A DNA stretch of 64,000 nucleotides, taken from contig CAKPPF010000005.1 of assembly GCA_934177485.1 (NCBI GenBank), positions 11,241 to 75,240 on the forward strand. The letters are read 5' to 3'. The stretch is from an uncultured Clostridia bacterium. Its GTDB lineage: Bacteria > Bacillota > Clostridia > TANB77 > CAG-508. Positions 38,776 through 50,090 of the stretch are shown here, one piece after another. Made by a program: the position numbers and the translations under genes. Position 1 is the first letter of the stretch. Every line of letters begins with the position of its first letter. Below the pieces are notes generated by a model that saw only the letters and a list, made by a program, of their open reading frames with translations, was not told where the DNA came from and did not search any database.

Positions 38776-39102
38776 TTAAATTAAATTTTTAGAAATTAAT
38801 CTTCTAGAATGAAATATTCTTTGAATGTAAATAAAACTTTCTTTTATTTGGTATATAATTCGATAAGATTTATAAATCAACTCACGAATATATTCTTCAT
38901 TATACTCTGGTACTTTCCTGCCCATATAGGGCAACAAATCCAAGCCTAATATTTTTTCTCCAATATTTTCTTTTGTTTTTACAGCATAATATATAGAATT
39001 TAATTTTATGTATTCAAATATTTGTTGAATATCAATGTTGGCATCATCTGAAATTATAATAATACTGTTCTTATCCAAATACTTCCTCGAATGTATGTAC
39101 AT
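38776..39102 (-). CDS. ParE/RelE-superfamily toxin, copy 2
   Basis: YRIIYQIKESFIYIQRIFHSRR. Paralogous to 38123..38449. Confidence 0.65.
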   Translation of the reverse strand: MYIHSRKYLDKNSIIIISDDANIDIQQIFEYIKLNSIYYAVKTKENIGEKILGLDLLPYMGRKVPEYNEEYIRELIYKSYRIIYQIKESFIYIQRIFHSRRLISKNLI

Positions 39103-39244
39103 TTCCTAATTCATAGTTTTTGTTACCTAGTTCAATTGATGCTATAATTATATCTGATTCATCAATAGTCTCATCTCTAATTATTTTTCTCAGTTCTTTT
39201 ACTGTTTTGCTTCTGTAATATAAAATTTTTTCTTCATTGCTCAT
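39071..39244 (-). CDS. Putative antitoxin, copy 2 (57 aa; below the ORF-track cutoff)
   Basis: Manual translation gives MSNEEKILYYRSKTVKELRKIIRDETIDESDIIIASIELGNKNYELGNVHTFEEVFG. Same RBS and promoter as copy 1. Overlaps the toxin start by 32 nt. Confidence 0.55.
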   Translation of the reverse strand: MSNEEKILYYRSKTVKELRKIIRDETIDESDIIIASIELGNKNYELGNVHTFEEVFG

Positions 39245-39294
39245 GACATCAGCTCCATTTGAATGGCATTTAATAATTTAATACCTTTTAAAGT

Positions 39295-39322
39295 ATTATA
39301 TATTATTTTTTCTATTTGTCAA
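39295..39322 (-). promoter_or_regulatory. Duplicate of the TA promoter (TTGACA-N16/17-TATAAT) driving cassette 2
   Basis: Sequence is identical to 38592-38690 over ~90 bp. Confidence 0.55.
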
Positions 39323-39352
39323 TATTGGTTTTAGTATTAGGACAAAAAATTA

Positions 39353-39399
39353 GGCAGACATGTATAGGTAGGTCTTGTGCCTCCCATTTTCGCCCTACA
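39353..39399. repeat. Module-A repeat, degenerate long variant, copy 6, fused to modules E and C (39405-39528)
   Basis: ggcagacatgtataggtaggtcttgtgcctcccattttcgccctaca. Confidence 0.65.
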
Positions 39400-39535
39400 A
39401 TACATAAGAAAAGTGGCTTCGCCACACTTTTCTTATCGCCGATTTGAGTTTCCGAATAAAATGAGAAAATCTCAAAGGCAACAGCGATTATAGCATTTTT
39501 GTTGAATAGAAAAATCTTTGATTTTCCTATTCAAC

Positions 39536-39567
39536 AAAAAAGACGACTTTTAAGTCGTCTTTTTTTA
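39536..39567 (-). terminator. Rho-independent terminator after tuf
   Basis: aaaaagacgactttt-aagtcgtcttttttt. Confidence 0.7.
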
Positions 39568-39581
39568 TTATAAGCTTTTAA

Positions 39582-40784
39582 TTAAGCAATTATTTCTGAA
39601 ACTATACCAGAACCAACTGTTCTTCCACCTTCACGTATAGCGAATCTTAATCCTTTTTCTATAGCAATTGGTGTGATTAATTCGATAGTCATTGAAATAT
39701 TATCTCCTGGCATTACCATTTCTGTTCCTGCAGGTAATTCAATAACACCTGTAACGTCTGTTGTTCTGAAGTAGAATTGTGGTCTGTATCCATTGAAGAA
39801 TGGTGTATGTCTTCCACCTTCTTCTTTGGTTAATACATAAACTTCTGCTTTGAATTTTGTGTGTGGATGTATTGTTCCTGGTTTTGCTAAAACTTGACCT
39901 CTTTCGATGTCTTTTCTATCAACACCTCTTAATAGAACACCTATGTTGTCTCCTGCTTCTGCTTGATCTAATAATTTTCTGAACATTTCAACACCTGTAA
40001 CAACTGTTTTTGAAGCTTCTGATTTTAATCCAACCATTTCAACTTCATCACCAACTTTTACAACACCTCTTTCAACTCTACCTGTTGCAACTGTTCCTCT
40101 ACCAGTAATTGTGAATACGTCTTCAACTGGCATTAAGAATGGTTCGTCAACTGGTCTAGATGGTGTTGGTATATAACTATCAACAGCGTCCATTAATTCT
40201 TTCATGCATGCATATTCTGGAGCATTTGGATCTGTAGATGTACTTTCTAGTACTTTTAATGAAGATCCTTTTATAACTGGTATTTCATCTCCTGGGAAAT
40301 CATAGCTTGATAATAAGTCTCTAACTTCCATTTCAACTAAGTCTAATAGTTCAGGATCGTCAACCATATCACATTTATTTAAGTAAACAACTATATATTT
40401 AACACCAACTTGTCTAGCAAGTAATATATGCTCTCTTGTTTGAGGCATTGGTCCATCAGCTGCTGAAACAACTAATATAGCACCATCCATTTGAGCAGCA
40501 CCTGTAATCATGTTTTTAACGTAGTCAGCATGTCCTGGGCAGTCAACGTGTGCATAGTGTCTGTTTTCTGTTTCATATTCAACGTGAGCTGTATTAATTG
40601 TGATTCCTCTTGCTTTTTCTTCTGGAGCTCCGTCGATTTGATCGTAAGCTTCATATTTAGCTTTTCCTAATAATGATAAATATTTTGTAATAGCGGCTGT
40701 TGTTGTTGTTTTTCCATGATCTACGTGACCGATTGTACCGATATTAACATGTGGTTTTGTTCTTTCAAATTTAGCTTTTGCCAT
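39582..40784 (-). CDS. tuf: Elongation factor Tu
   Basis: [17 protein letters not shown] and NKCD motifs. 400 aa. Confidence 0.97.
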   Translation of the reverse strand: MAKAKFERTKPHVNIGTIGHVDHGKTTTTAAITKYLSLLGKAKYEAYDQIDGAPEEKARGITINTAHVEYETENRHYAHVDCPGHADYVKNMITGAAQMDGAILVVSAADGPMPQTREHILLARQVGVKYIVVYLNKCDMVDDPELLDLVEMEVRDLLSSYDFPGDEIPVIKGSSLKVLESTSTDPNAPEYACMKELMDAVDSYIPTPSRPVDEPFLMPVEDVFTITGRGTVATGRVERGVVKVGDEVEMVGLKSEASKTVVTGVEMFRKLLDQAEAGDNIGVLLRGVDRKDIERGQVLAKPGTIHPHTKFKAEVYVLTKEEGGRHTPFFNGYRPQFYFRTTDVTGVIELPAGTEMVMPGDNISMTIELITPIAIEKGLRFAIREGGRTVGSGIVSEIIA

Positions 40785-40948
40785 TTTTGAATTCCTCCTT
40801 TAATTTTTATTTTAATTTTAATTTTAAATTTAATAACTTAATTTAAATAGCACCTGTATTGTATACTAAGTTTGCTATTTTTGCAATAGAAATTTAATAT
40901 TTTATAATAATTTCTATTTATAAGACTGTTTCCATTTTCATTAAAATA

Positions 40949-43033
40949 CTAGTCCTCTTTTTTAGTTCTAGAAGCAACAATAGCTTCAAATACTGATTTT
41001 GGAACTTCTTCATAATGAGATGGTTCCATAGAATATGTTCCTCTACCTTGTGTTTTTGAACGTAAGTCTGTAGCATAACCAAACATTTCTGATAATGGCA
41101 CAAATGCTCTTATCTCTGATGTTCCGTCAACTGTTTCCATTCCTTCCATTCTACCACGTCTTGAGTTTACATCTCCTATAACATCTCCCATGTATTCTTC
41201 TGGAACTGTTATTTCAACTTTCATTATTGGTTCTAGAATAACAGCTTTTGCTTTTCTACATCCTTCTTTGAAAGCCATAGATCCAGCAATTTTGAAGGCC
41301 ATTTCTGATGAGTCAACATCATGGTAAGAACCATCAACTAATGTTGCTTTGAAGTCGATAACCGGGTATCCAGCAAGTACTCCGGCTTCTGCAGCTTCTC
41401 TAACTCCTTCTTCAACTGGTTTGATGTATTCTTTTGGAACAACACCACCAACTATTTTGCTTTCAAATTCTATTCCTGAACCTGGTTTTAATGGTTCCAT
41501 TTCTAACCAAACGTGTCCGTATTGTCCACGTCCACCAGATTGACGTATGAATTTTCCTTCAACTCTAACTGCTTCTTTAATTGTTTCTTTGTAGGCAACT
41601 TGTGGTTTACCTACATTACATTCAACTTTGAATTCTCTTTTTAATCTGTCAACAATTATATCTAGGTGTAATTCACCCATACCAGCTATAATTGTTTGAC
41701 CAGTTTCTTGGTTTGTATAAGCTTTGAAAGTTGGATCTTCTTCAGCAAGCTTTGCTAAAGCTATACCCATTTTTTCTTGAGCTGCTTTGTCTTTTGGCTC
41801 AATTGCTATATCAATAACTGGTTCAGGGAATTCCATTGATTCTAGAATTATTGGATGGTTAGGATCACATAATGTATTTCCTGTTGTAACCTCTTTTAAT
41901 CCAACTGCAGCTGCTATATCACCAGCATAAACTTTGTCTATGTCTTCTCTGTGGTTAGCATGCATTTGAAGAATTCTTCCTATTCTTTCTTTTTTATCTT
42001 TGCTTGAATTTAAAACTGTTGAACCAGACTCTAATGTTCCAGAGTAAACTCTAAAGAAACATAATTTTCCAACGAATGGGTCTGTAGCAATTTTAAATGC
42101 TAATGCAGCAAATGGTTCTGAATCAGAAGTTTTAGCTTCTGTTTCTTTTCCGTCTAATGTTTCACCTTTAATATGTGGTATATCTAATGGTGATGGCATA
42201 TAATCAACTATGTTGTTTAATAACTCTTGAACACCTTTATTTTTGTATGAAGAACCACAACATACTGGAACTATTTTATTTGCTATTGTTCCAATTCTTA
42301 AGCCTTTTTTAATTTCAGCTTCTGTTAATTCTTCTCCTTCTAGGTATTTCATCATTAATTCTTCATCTTGATCACATGCTGCTTCTATCATGGCAGCTCT
42401 ATATTCTTCTGCCATAGATTTCATATCTTCTGGTATATCTGTTTCTTCAATTACTTTTCCTAAATCATCTTTATGGATGAATGCTCTCATTTTAATTAAA
42501 TCAACTATACCTTGGAAGTTATCTTCAGCTCCTATTGGTAATTGGATTGGAACTGCGTTTGCTTTTAATCTGTTTTTTAATTGGTCAACGCAAAGCATAA
42601 AGTTAGCTCCTGTTATATCCATTTTGTTTACATATACCATTCTTGGAACTTGATATTTATCAGCTTGTCTCCAAACTGTTTCTGTTTGTGGTTGAACTCC
42701 ACCTTTTGCAGCTAAAACTGTAACGGCACCATCAAGAACTTTTAAAGATCTTTGAACTTCAACTGTAAAGTCAACGTGTCCTGGGGTATCGATAATATTT
42801 ATTCTATTACCATTCCAGAAACATGTTGTAGCAGCAGAAGTAATTGTTATACCTCTTTCTTGCTCTTGTTCCATCCAGTCCATTGTAGCTGCGCCTTCGT
42901 GAACTTCACCTATTTTGTGAGTTTTACCTGTATAGAATAGTATTCTTTCTGTTGTTGTAGTTTTTCCTGCATCTATATGTGCAACTATTCCTATATTTCT
43001 TGTTTTTTCTAACGAATAAGCTCTTTCAGCCAC
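40949..43033 (-). CDS. fusA: Elongation factor G
   Basis: [15 protein letters not shown]. 694 aa. Confidence 0.97.
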   Translation of the reverse strand: MAERAYSLEKTRNIGIVAHIDAGKTTTTERILFYTGKTHKIGEVHEGAATMDWMEQEQERGITITSAATTCFWNGNRINIIDTPGHVDFTVEVQRSLKVLDGAVTVLAAKGGVQPQTETVWRQADKYQVPRMVYVNKMDITGANFMLCVDQLKNRLKANAVPIQLPIGAEDNFQGIVDLIKMRAFIHKDDLGKVIEETDIPEDMKSMAEEYRAAMIEAACDQDEELMMKYLEGEELTEAEIKKGLRIGTIANKIVPVCCGSSYKNKGVQELLNNIVDYMPSPLDIPHIKGETLDGKETEAKTSDSEPFAALAFKIATDPFVGKLCFFRVYSGTLESGSTVLNSSKDKKERIGRILQMHANHREDIDKVYAGDIAAAVGLKEVTTGNTLCDPNHPIILESMEFPEPVIDIAIEPKDKAAQEKMGIALAKLAEEDPTFKAYTNQETGQTIIAGMGELHLDIIVDRLKREFKVECNVGKPQVAYKETIKEAVRVEGKFIRQSGGRGQYGHVWLEMEPLKPGSGIEFESKIVGGVVPKEYIKPVEEGVREAAEAGVLAGYPVIDFKATLVDGSYHDVDSSEMAFKIAGSMAFKEGCRKAKAVILEPIMKVEITVPEEYMGDVIGDVNSRRGRMEGMETVDGTSEIRAFVPLSEMFGYATDLRSKTQGRGTYSMEPSHYEEVPKSVFEAIVASRTKKED

Positions 43034-43078
43034 GGATTTATCCTCCTTTTTATATTTTGTTTCATTGGTTGTAATTTT

Positions 43079-43549
43079 TTAAAATTTGTAGTGTGCAAAA
43101 GCTTTATTAGCTTCAGCCATTCTATGTGTATCTTCTTTTTTCTTGTATGCTCCACCGTTTTGGTTTGTAGCATCAATTATTTCACCAGCTAATTTTTCTG
43201 CCATTGTTTTTTCATTTCTTTTTCTTGCATAAGTAACAAGCCATCTTAGACCTAAAGTTTGTCTTCTTTCAGCTCTAATTTCTAATGGAACTTGGTATGT
43301 AGCTCCACCAACTCTTCTTGCTTTTACTTCAAGAACAGGCATTATATTATTTAAAGCTGTTTCAAATACTTCTAATGGATCTTTTTGCTCTTTTTCTTTT
43401 ATGATATCAAATGCACCATAAACGATTTTTTGAGCAACTGATTTTTTACCATCTAACATTATATTGTTAATTAGCTTTGTAACAACTTTGCTATTATAAA
43501 TTGGATCTGGTAATACATCTCTTTTTGCTATATATCCTTTTCTTGGCAC
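43079..43549 (-). CDS. rpsG: 30S ribosomal protein S7
   Basis: [28 protein letters not shown].... 156 aa. Confidence 0.95.
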   Translation of the reverse strand: MPRKGYIAKRDVLPDPIYNSKVVTKLINNIMLDGKKSVAQKIVYGAFDIIKEKEQKDPLEVFETALNNIMPVLEVKARRVGGATYQVPLEIRAERRQTLGLRWLVTYARKRNEKTMAEKLAGEIIDATNQNGGAYKKKEDTHRMAEANKAFAHYKF

Positions 43550-43744
43550 TATTCTTCACTCCTTTTTTTGAAATTAGAGGTTAGATATTAATTTATCTTT
43601 TCCTCTTTTTGAGTATTTATAAAAATACTCTTAAAGTTACTCTGGAAACCTCATGTTTCCCGTATAGTGCTATATCTATTCTAAATTTAAGTAGCCTTAA
43701 ATTAGTAAGTAAATACGCACTAATCAAAATGGTTTATTTTCATT

Positions 43745-44158
43745 TTATTTCTTTGGGCGTTTTGCTCCATATTTAGAACGCGCTTGCATTCTATCTTTAA
43801 CACCAGCTGTATCTAATGTTCCTCTTATAATATGATATCTAACACCAGGTAAATCTTTTACCCTACCACCTCTTATTAAAACAACACTGTGTTCTTGTAG
43901 GTTGTGTCCTATACCAGGAATGTATGATGTTACTTCATAACCATTAGATAAACGTACCCTTGCAACTTTTCTTAAAGCTGAGTTTGGTTTTTTAGGTGTA
44001 ACTGTTTTTACTACTGTACAAACTCCTCTTTTTTGTGGAGATCTAGAATTAGTTAATTTCTTTTTTCTAGAGTTAAATCCATGTTGTAAAGCTGGAGCTG
44101 TTGATTTTGTAGTAGTTGTTTTTCTACCTTTTCTTACTAATTGATTAATTGTTGGCAC
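43745..44158 (-). CDS. rpsL: 30S ribosomal protein S12
   Basis: [12 protein letters not shown]...[11 protein letters not shown].... 137 aa. Confidence 0.95.
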   Translation of the reverse strand: MPTINQLVRKGRKTTTTKSTAPALQHGFNSRKKKLTNSRSPQKRGVCTVVKTVTPKKPNSALRKVARVRLSNGYEVTSYIPGIGHNLQEHSVVLIRGGRVKDLPGVRYHIIRGTLDTAGVKDRMQARSKYGAKRPKK

Positions 44159-44225
44159 TTAAATTTCACCTCCTAAATTTGTATTTTGTTTTGCTGTTTT
44201 TAAAAGCAAGCAAAACAACTATTAT

Positions 44226-44254
44226 ATTATACCTTTTTAATAGTTAAAAGTCAA
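44226..44254 (-). promoter_or_regulatory. str-operon promoter (TTGACT-17-TATAAT), followed by a 5'UTR hairpin (44187-44218)
   Basis: Minus-strand reading: cTTGACTtttaactattaaaaaggTATAAT. An 8-bp stem gttttgct/agcaaaac lies downstream. Confidence 0.5.
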
Positions 44255-44283
44255 GAGTTTTCCTACGGAATTATAAGGAAAGT

Positions 44284-44303
44284 GGCAGGTACAAGACCTG
44301 CCC
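44284..44303. repeat. Module-A repeat, copy 7
   Basis: ggcaggtacaagacctgccc + ttttaattgttttt, between gatB and rpsL. Confidence 0.8.
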
Positions 44304-44315
44304 TTTTAATTGTTT

Positions 44316-45758
44316 TTATTTTGTCATTTCTTCTACAAACATTTTGTTTAGCATTTGAGGATTTGCTTTTCCTTTAGTTTGTTTCATTGCTTGGCCTACT
44401 AAGAATCCTAATGCTCTATCTTTTCCTGCTTTATAGTCTGCTACAGATTGAGGGTTTTCTGAAAGTATTTTTAATACCACTTCTTTTATTGCTCCCTCAT
44501 CTGATATTTGTATCCATCCTTTTTCTTCTATTATTTGAGATGGCATTTTTTCTCCATTTTCAAACATTTCTTCTAGCACTTTTTTTGCTATTGCTGTACT
44601 AATTGTTCCTTTATCTATTAAAGATATTAATTCAGCCAAGCTTTTTGCTGAAAATGGTATTTCGTTTGCTTCAATTTCTTTTTCATTTATTATTCTTGAA
44701 ACATCTGATAAAAGCCAGTTTGCAACTGCTTTTAAATTGCCACATATTTTAGAAGATTCTTCAAACATATTTGAAATATATTTTGACGCTGTTAAAAGTT
44801 TTGCTTCTTTTTCTGTTAATTTATATTCTTCTATATATCTTTTCTTTCTACTTTCTGGCAATTCTGGTAAATTGTCTTTTATATTTTGAATATATTCTTC
44901 TGATAATTTAATTGCAACTAAGTCAGGATCTGGAAAATATCTATAATCTTCTGAGTTCTCCTTTTCTCTCATCGGGAATGTTTTTCCAGATACATCATCC
45001 CATCTTAAAGTTTGTTGAATAACTTTTCCACCATTTTCAAGAACTTGAACTTGCCTTTCTGCCTCATATTCAATTTCCCTTACTATACTTCTAAAAGAAT
45101 TCATATTTTTGGTTTCTGTTCTTGTTCCTAATTTGGTATCACCTTTTTTTCTTACGGAAACATTAACGTCGGCTCTTAAAGATCCTTCTTGCATTTTGCA
45201 ATCTGATACCTCTATATATTCAAGAATTGATTTTAACTTTCTTAAATATGCTTCTACTTCTTCTGCACTTCTAAAATCGGGTTCTGATACAATTTCTATT
45301 AAAGGTACCCCTGCTCTATTTAAATCTACAAGAGTTCCTCCACCATATGGGTTATGATTTAGTTTTCCTGCATCTTCTTCTATATGAATTCGTACAAGCC
45401 TTATTTTTTTAATTCCCTCCGAAGTTTCAATTTCTACATATCCTTTTTCACAAAGTGGTTTATCAAATTGAGATATTTGATAAGATTTTGGCAAATCTGG
45501 ATAAAAATAATTTTTTCTATCGTTTTTACTATCTCTTGCTATTGTACAATTAGTTGCAAGTCCAGCTTTTACTGCATATTCTACTACTTTTTCATTAAGT
45601 ACTGGTAAACTACCTGGCATAGCTGTACAAACTGGGCATACATGTGTATTAGGACCTTCGCCAAATTCTGTAGGGCATGAGCAAAATATTTTTGTTTTTG
45701 TTGAAAGTTCAGCGTGTACTTCTAAACCAACTATCATTTCATAATCTTCTCTTAACAT
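44316..45758 (-). CDS. gatB: Asp/Glu-tRNA(Asn/Gln) amidotransferase subunit B
   Basis: MLREDYEMIVGLEVHAELSTKTKIFCSC.... AGGAGG RBS before the ATG at 45758 (track start 45839 is upstream). Confidence 0.9.
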   Translation of the reverse strand: MLREDYEMIVGLEVHAELSTKTKIFCSCPTEFGEGPNTHVCPVCTAMPGSLPVLNEKVVEYAVKAGLATNCTIARDSKNDRKNYFYPDLPKSYQISQFDKPLCEKGYVEIETSEGIKKIRLVRIHIEEDAGKLNHNPYGGGTLVDLNRAGVPLIEIVSEPDFRSAEEVEAYLRKLKSILEYIEVSDCKMQEGSLRADVNVSVRKKGDTKLGTRTETKNMNSFRSIVREIEYEAERQVQVLENGGKVIQQTLRWDDVSGKTFPMREKENSEDYRYFPDPDLVAIKLSEEYIQNIKDNLPELPESRKKRYIEEYKLTEKEAKLLTASKYISNMFEESSKICGNLKAVANWLLSDVSRIINEKEIEANEIPFSAKSLAELISLIDKGTISTAIAKKVLEEMFENGEKMPSQIIEEKGWIQISDEGAIKEVVLKILSENPQSVADYKAGKDRALGFLVGQAMKQTKGKANPQMLNKMFVEEMTK

Positions 45759-45771
45759 ATTGGTCCTCCTT

Positions 45772-47241
45772 TTATTTTTTAAATTCTGGTTTATAATTTT
45801 CTCTAAATTTTGTTTTTTGCTCATATGTATAAGCTGCATTTAGAATTGTTTCTTCTGAAAAATGTTTTCCTATAATTTGCATTCCTATTGGAAGACCTTC
45901 TTTATCTACTCCACATGGAATTGATATTGCTGGAACTCCTGCAACATTTATTGGAACTGTGCATATATCCGCCATGTACATTTCTAATGGATTATCTGAT
46001 TTTTCTCCAATTCCAAATGCTGTGACAGGTGATGTAGGAATAATTAATATATCATATTTTTCAAATACTTTGTTAAATTCATTTTTAATTAATGTTCTAA
46101 CTTGTTGTGCTTTTTTATAATATGCATCATAGTATCCTGAAGAAAGTACGTATGTTCCTAATATTATTCTTCTTTTAACTTCTGCTCCAAAGCCTTCAGT
46201 TCTTGAGTTAACAAATAGTTCTCTTAAATTTGAATAATTATTTGCTCTATATCCATATCTTATTCCATCAAATCTTCCTAAGTTTGAACTTGCTTCTGCG
46301 CATGAAATTATATAATATGTTGCTAATGTATATTCTGCAATTGGTAGACTGCATTCTTCAACTACTGCACCCATTTTTTTGTATTCTTCAATTGCATTTT
46401 CTACTTTTTCTTTTACTTCTGGATTAATTCCTTCTGCAAAATATTCTTTAGGGACACCTATTCTTAGACCTTTTACATCATTTTTTAATGCCTTTGTATA
46501 GTCTTTTTCTCCTATATCTACTGATGTTGTGTCTTTTTCATCTTTTCCAGATATAACGTTTAAAAGCATTGCGCAGTCTTCTACATCTTTCGTAAATGTT
46601 CCTATTTGATCTAATGATGATGCATATGCAATCAATCCATATCTTGAAATAAGTCCATATGTTGGCTTTAATCCTACTATTCCACATAAGCTAGCAGGTT
46701 GACGAACAGATCCTCCTGTGTCTGATCCTAGTGCCCATGGTACCATACCAGCTGCTACTGCTGAAGCACTTCCACCAGATGATCCTCCTGGTACTTTATT
46801 TAAATTCCATGGATTACGTGTTTTTTTGAATGCTGAATTTTCTGTAGATGATCCCATAGCAAATTCATCCATATTTAATTTTCCAAGTGGAATCATATTT
46901 TGTGAATTAATTTTCTCCATAACTGTTGCATCATATGGTGCAATAAAATTTTCTAGCATTTTTGAACTACATGTTGTTTTTATTCCTTTAGTACATATAT
47001 TGTCTTTTATTCCTATTGGAATTCCAGCCAAACTAGATGTAATGTCTCCATTTTCAATTTTTTCTTCTATCTTTTTGGCTTTTTCTAATGCTTCATCTGT
47101 TAATAGTGTCATAAATGTGTCTAAATCTTTTTCTTTTTCGTTGATTCTGTCTATATATGCTTTATTTATTTCACTAATAGTAAGTTCTTTTTTTGATAAT
47201 TTGTCTTTCAACTCGTGTACTGTTAAGTCTGTAATGTTCAT
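45772..47241 (-). CDS. gatA: Glutamyl-tRNA(Gln) amidotransferase subunit A
   Basis: Amidase signature GGSSGGSA. 489 aa. Confidence 0.92.
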   Translation of the reverse strand: MNITDLTVHELKDKLSKKELTISEINKAYIDRINEKEKDLDTFMTLLTDEALEKAKKIEEKIENGDITSSLAGIPIGIKDNICTKGIKTTCSSKMLENFIAPYDATVMEKINSQNMIPLGKLNMDEFAMGSSTENSAFKKTRNPWNLNKVPGGSSGGSASAVAAGMVPWALGSDTGGSVRQPASLCGIVGLKPTYGLISRYGLIAYASSLDQIGTFTKDVEDCAMLLNVISGKDEKDTTSVDIGEKDYTKALKNDVKGLRIGVPKEYFAEGINPEVKEKVENAIEEYKKMGAVVEECSLPIAEYTLATYYIISCAEASSNLGRFDGIRYGYRANNYSNLRELFVNSRTEGFGAEVKRRIILGTYVLSSGYYDAYYKKAQQVRTLIKNEFNKVFEKYDILIIPTSPVTAFGIGEKSDNPLEMYMADICTVPINVAGVPAISIPCGVDKEGLPIGMQIIGKHFSEETILNAAYTYEQKTKFRENYKPEFKK

Positions 47242-47266
47242 AAGTTACCTCCTTCTTATTTAGTGT

Positions 47267-47551
47267 TTATAATACTTGTGGTATTTTAAACATATTGTCT
47301 TCTTCCTCTGGAGCATTTTGAAGTAAAGCTTTGTTATCTTCAAATACTTTAATTTCATCTTTTCTAAATACATTATAGTTTTCCAATGCTCCTATAGATG
47401 TATCTAGTCCTTCTATTGGTGCACTATCTACAATATTTGCATAATTTAAAATATCTTGAAGATTTCTAATATATTCTTCTATTTCGTCTTCACGTATTTT
47501 TAAACATGCAAGATCTGCTATGTGCAATATTTCTTCTTTGCTAACTTTCAT
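47267..47551 (-). CDS. gatC: Glutamyl-tRNA(Gln) amidotransferase subunit C
   Basis: MKVSKEEILHIADLACLKI.... RBS spacing favours the ATG at 47551 over 47560. Confidence 0.85.
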   Translation of the reverse strand: MKVSKEEILHIADLACLKIREDEIEEYIRNLQDILNYANIVDSAPIEGLDTSIGALENYNVFRKDEIKVFEDNKALLQNAPEEEDNMFKIPQVL

Positions 47552-47637
47552 GCATATCATCTCCTACTTTAATTTGTGTCATATTATATAACGAAAAAAA
47601 AGAAAAAACAAGCAATATGCCTATTTTTTCTTTTTCA

Positions 47638-48432
47638 TTAATATAAAAATTTTTGTGGATTTACAGATGTTCCATTTACATGTACTTCAAAATGCAAATG
47701 ATATCCTGTTGCTGCTCCTGTTTTTCCTACGGCAGCTATTGAATCACCAGCATTAACTGTATCACCATTTGATACATAAATATTATTGCAATGTCCGTAA
47801 TATGTTTGAACACCATTTCCATGGTCTATAATAACTAACTTACCAAGACTACCTTTATATCCTGCACTAATTACCTTTCCACTGGCAGCTGCTTTTATTG
47901 TTGTTCCTTGTTTTGCTGCTATATCCAATCCTTTATGGTTTGTACTTCCTACACCACCACCAGGTGATGAACGTCTACCATATCTTGATGTAATTGTACC
48001 AGATACTGGTCTTACTGAAAGTTTAATTCCTTTTAAATCCGCTTCTTTTACACTATTACTAGTTTTTACGGTTTTAGCCTTTGTAGCTGCAAGTTTTAAC
48101 TTTGTAGCTTTAATATCTTTTTCTTTAATTTCTTTTACTTCTGAAGAAATTACATCTTTAGCTTCATCATTTTTAGATGAACTAATTTCTTCGTAATTAC
48201 TTGAATATACTTGAACTATTCCAAGACTATCTGTATATTTTTCTGAATATTCTTCTTTTATTTCATCTACAATTTCTTGTGCTTCATCTTTGCTAGCTAC
48301 ATATACTTTATTTTCGCCATCTATTGAAATTGCATAATTAGTATATTCTATTGAAATTTGTTTTCCTATTTCTTCTTTTATTTCATTCTTATTTTCATCT
48401 AAATTTCTATTTACAAGTTCTAATTTTAGCAT
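47638..48432 (-). CDS. M23/LytM-family metallopeptidase, paralog 2. The in-frame open reading continues upstream to ~48640, encoding a TM anchor without a canonical start
   Basis: HKGLDIAA...HLHFEVH (HxxxD + HxH). Upstream in-frame FLKISFVAFIIVITIILI, preceded by AAGGAGAG and an ATT codon. Confidence 0.75.
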   Translation of the reverse strand: MLKLELVNRNLDENKNEIKEEIGKQISIEYTNYAISIDGENKVYVASKDEAQEIVDEIKEEYSEKYTDSLGIVQVYSSNYEEISSSKNDEAKDVISSEVKEIKEKDIKATKLKLAATKAKTVKTSNSVKEADLKGIKLSVRPVSGTITSRYGRRSSPGGGVGSTNHKGLDIAAKQGTTIKAAASGKVISAGYKGSLGKLVIIDHGNGVQTYYGHCNNIYVSNGDTVNAGDSIAAVGKTGAATGYHLHFEVHVNGTSVNPQKFLY

Positions 48433-48797
48433 TGGAGTATTTTTTATTTCTACAAATGCTATATTTTTACTACTTTCTTTTTCTATGTTTTCATTTATAA
48501 AACTATCTATTTCTGTTTTTGAATTAACATATCCTATTTTGCTATTATTTAATGAAACACTATACTTAGGTGTATATTTTATTAATATTATTGTGATAAC
48601 TATAATAAAAGCTACAAATGATATTTTAAGAAATTTTATTGCCTCTTTTGTGTAGTACTCTATATTTCGTTTTAAAATAAATTACACTCTCCTTTTTACT
48701 CATCTTGCTATTATTTTTTACAACATAAATATAATTATACTACATATTATTACGTTTTGTCAAATTATGTATACTTTTAGCAGATAAATTACTACTG

Positions 48798-49685
48798 CTA
48801 ATTCTCTCTTCTCCAGTAAAATAAGTACTGTTGAGCTATTCCTGCAAGTTTTCCAAACTTTTCATTTGCGAACTCTAATATTTTAGCATTTTCTTTATTA
48901 TGTGTTTTTTTATTCGATATTTTTATATTTTCAATTTGTTTTCCGTATAATTCTGTCATAACTCTTTTTACCCAAACATCTATAGGAAATACATCAAATT
49001 TTTTCATTGAAAATAACATTATACAATCTGCAACTTTAGGTCCTACTCCAGGAAGTTTTAATAATTCTTCCCTTACATCTTCAGTGTTGCTCATATGTTC
49101 TAATTTATTTAAATCAACTTTTCCCATTTGTATTAATTTTGTTGTTTCAAAAACTCTTTCATCTCTAAATCCGAGCCCCAACTCTCTTAGTTCTTCTACT
49201 GTTGCATTTGATAATTCTTCTACTGTTGGAAATGAATAATATTCCTTATTATCCCATACGTACTTTTTTCCATATTTTTGAGATAGCCTTTCTATAATAC
49301 CTTTTATTCTAGGTATATTATTATTAGCTGAAATAATAAAACTAATTGTGGCTTCCCATGCATCTTGTTTTAATATACGTATTCCGCTTCCATATTCTAT
49401 ACTCTTCTTTAGATTTTCATCTACTTTTGAAAAGTACTCTTTTATATCTTTATAATTTGTATTTAAATCAAAATATTCTTCACATACATCTTTAATATTA
49501 CCATTACATAGCCCTTTTATTATAATATTGTTTTTATCTTTTATTATTTTTAATACACCATCTTTTATTACTCCAATATAGCTTCCATCTTCCTGTTTAT
49601 TCCATCTAAAGCACTGGCCACATTCAAATATATGCTTTGGTTCAAATTCTTTTTCATTTTTTAATATATATTCTTGTTCTTTCAT
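48798..49685 (-). CDS. ogg: 8-oxoguanine DNA glycosylase/AP lyase (Ogg, HhH-GPD superfamily)
   Basis: LLKLPGVGPKVADCIMLFS helix-hairpin-helix / GPD motif. 295 aa, matching the clostridial Ogg size. Confidence 0.82.
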   Translation of the reverse strand: MKEQEYILKNEKEFEPKHIFECGQCFRWNKQEDGSYIGVIKDGVLKIIKDKNNIIIKGLCNGNIKDVCEEYFDLNTNYKDIKEYFSKVDENLKKSIEYGSGIRILKQDAWEATISFIISANNNIPRIKGIIERLSQKYGKKYVWDNKEYYSFPTVEELSNATVEELRELGLGFRDERVFETTKLIQMGKVDLNKLEHMSNTEDVREELLKLPGVGPKVADCIMLFSMKKFDVFPIDVWVKRVMTELYGKQIENIKISNKKTHNKENAKILEFANEKFGKLAGIAQQYLFYWRREN

Positions 49686-49829
49686 TTTTACTACCTCTTA
49701 ATAATTATATTTATTTTTATTATTAATGTCAAATCAAAAGAGGTGGTATGTTGCAACTTTAAACAACTTTTATCTTTGATAAAATGATTTTACTACCAGT
49801 AAAAATTATAATAATGAAATGGAGTTCAA

Positions 49830-50090
49830 ATGGAAACAAAAGTCGATTTAGAAAAAGATATTTATTATTTAGTAGGTCAAAATATTAAAAAGCAAAGAAA
49901 ATTGAAGGGTCTAACTCAAAAAAAGTTATCTGAAATGACATTTTATAGCTATGAATTTGTTAGAAAAATTGAGTCTAAAAGTGCTTGCAGAAACACTTTT
50001 TCTTTAGATACTGTTGATAAAATTGCTAAAGCTTTGGGTGTTAATATAAAGGTTTTATTTGATCCTTTAGACGAAGATAAGGTTTCTTAA
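49830..50090 (+). CDS. XRE-family HTH transcriptional regulator (86 aa)
   Basis: LKGLTQKKLSEMTFYSYEFVRKIE helix-turn-helix. GGAG RBS. Confidence 0.75.
   Translation: METKVDLEKDIYYLVGQNIKKQRKLKGLTQKKLSEMTFYSYEFVRKIESKSACRNTFSLDTVDKIAKALGVNIKVLFDPLDEDKVS

Noticed and set aside
43550-43744. Unusually long (195-nt) rpsL-rpsG spacer
   Set aside because: It may simply hold the S7 autoregulatory site. No ORF, repeat-family module or clear structure was detected that would justify a separate feature.
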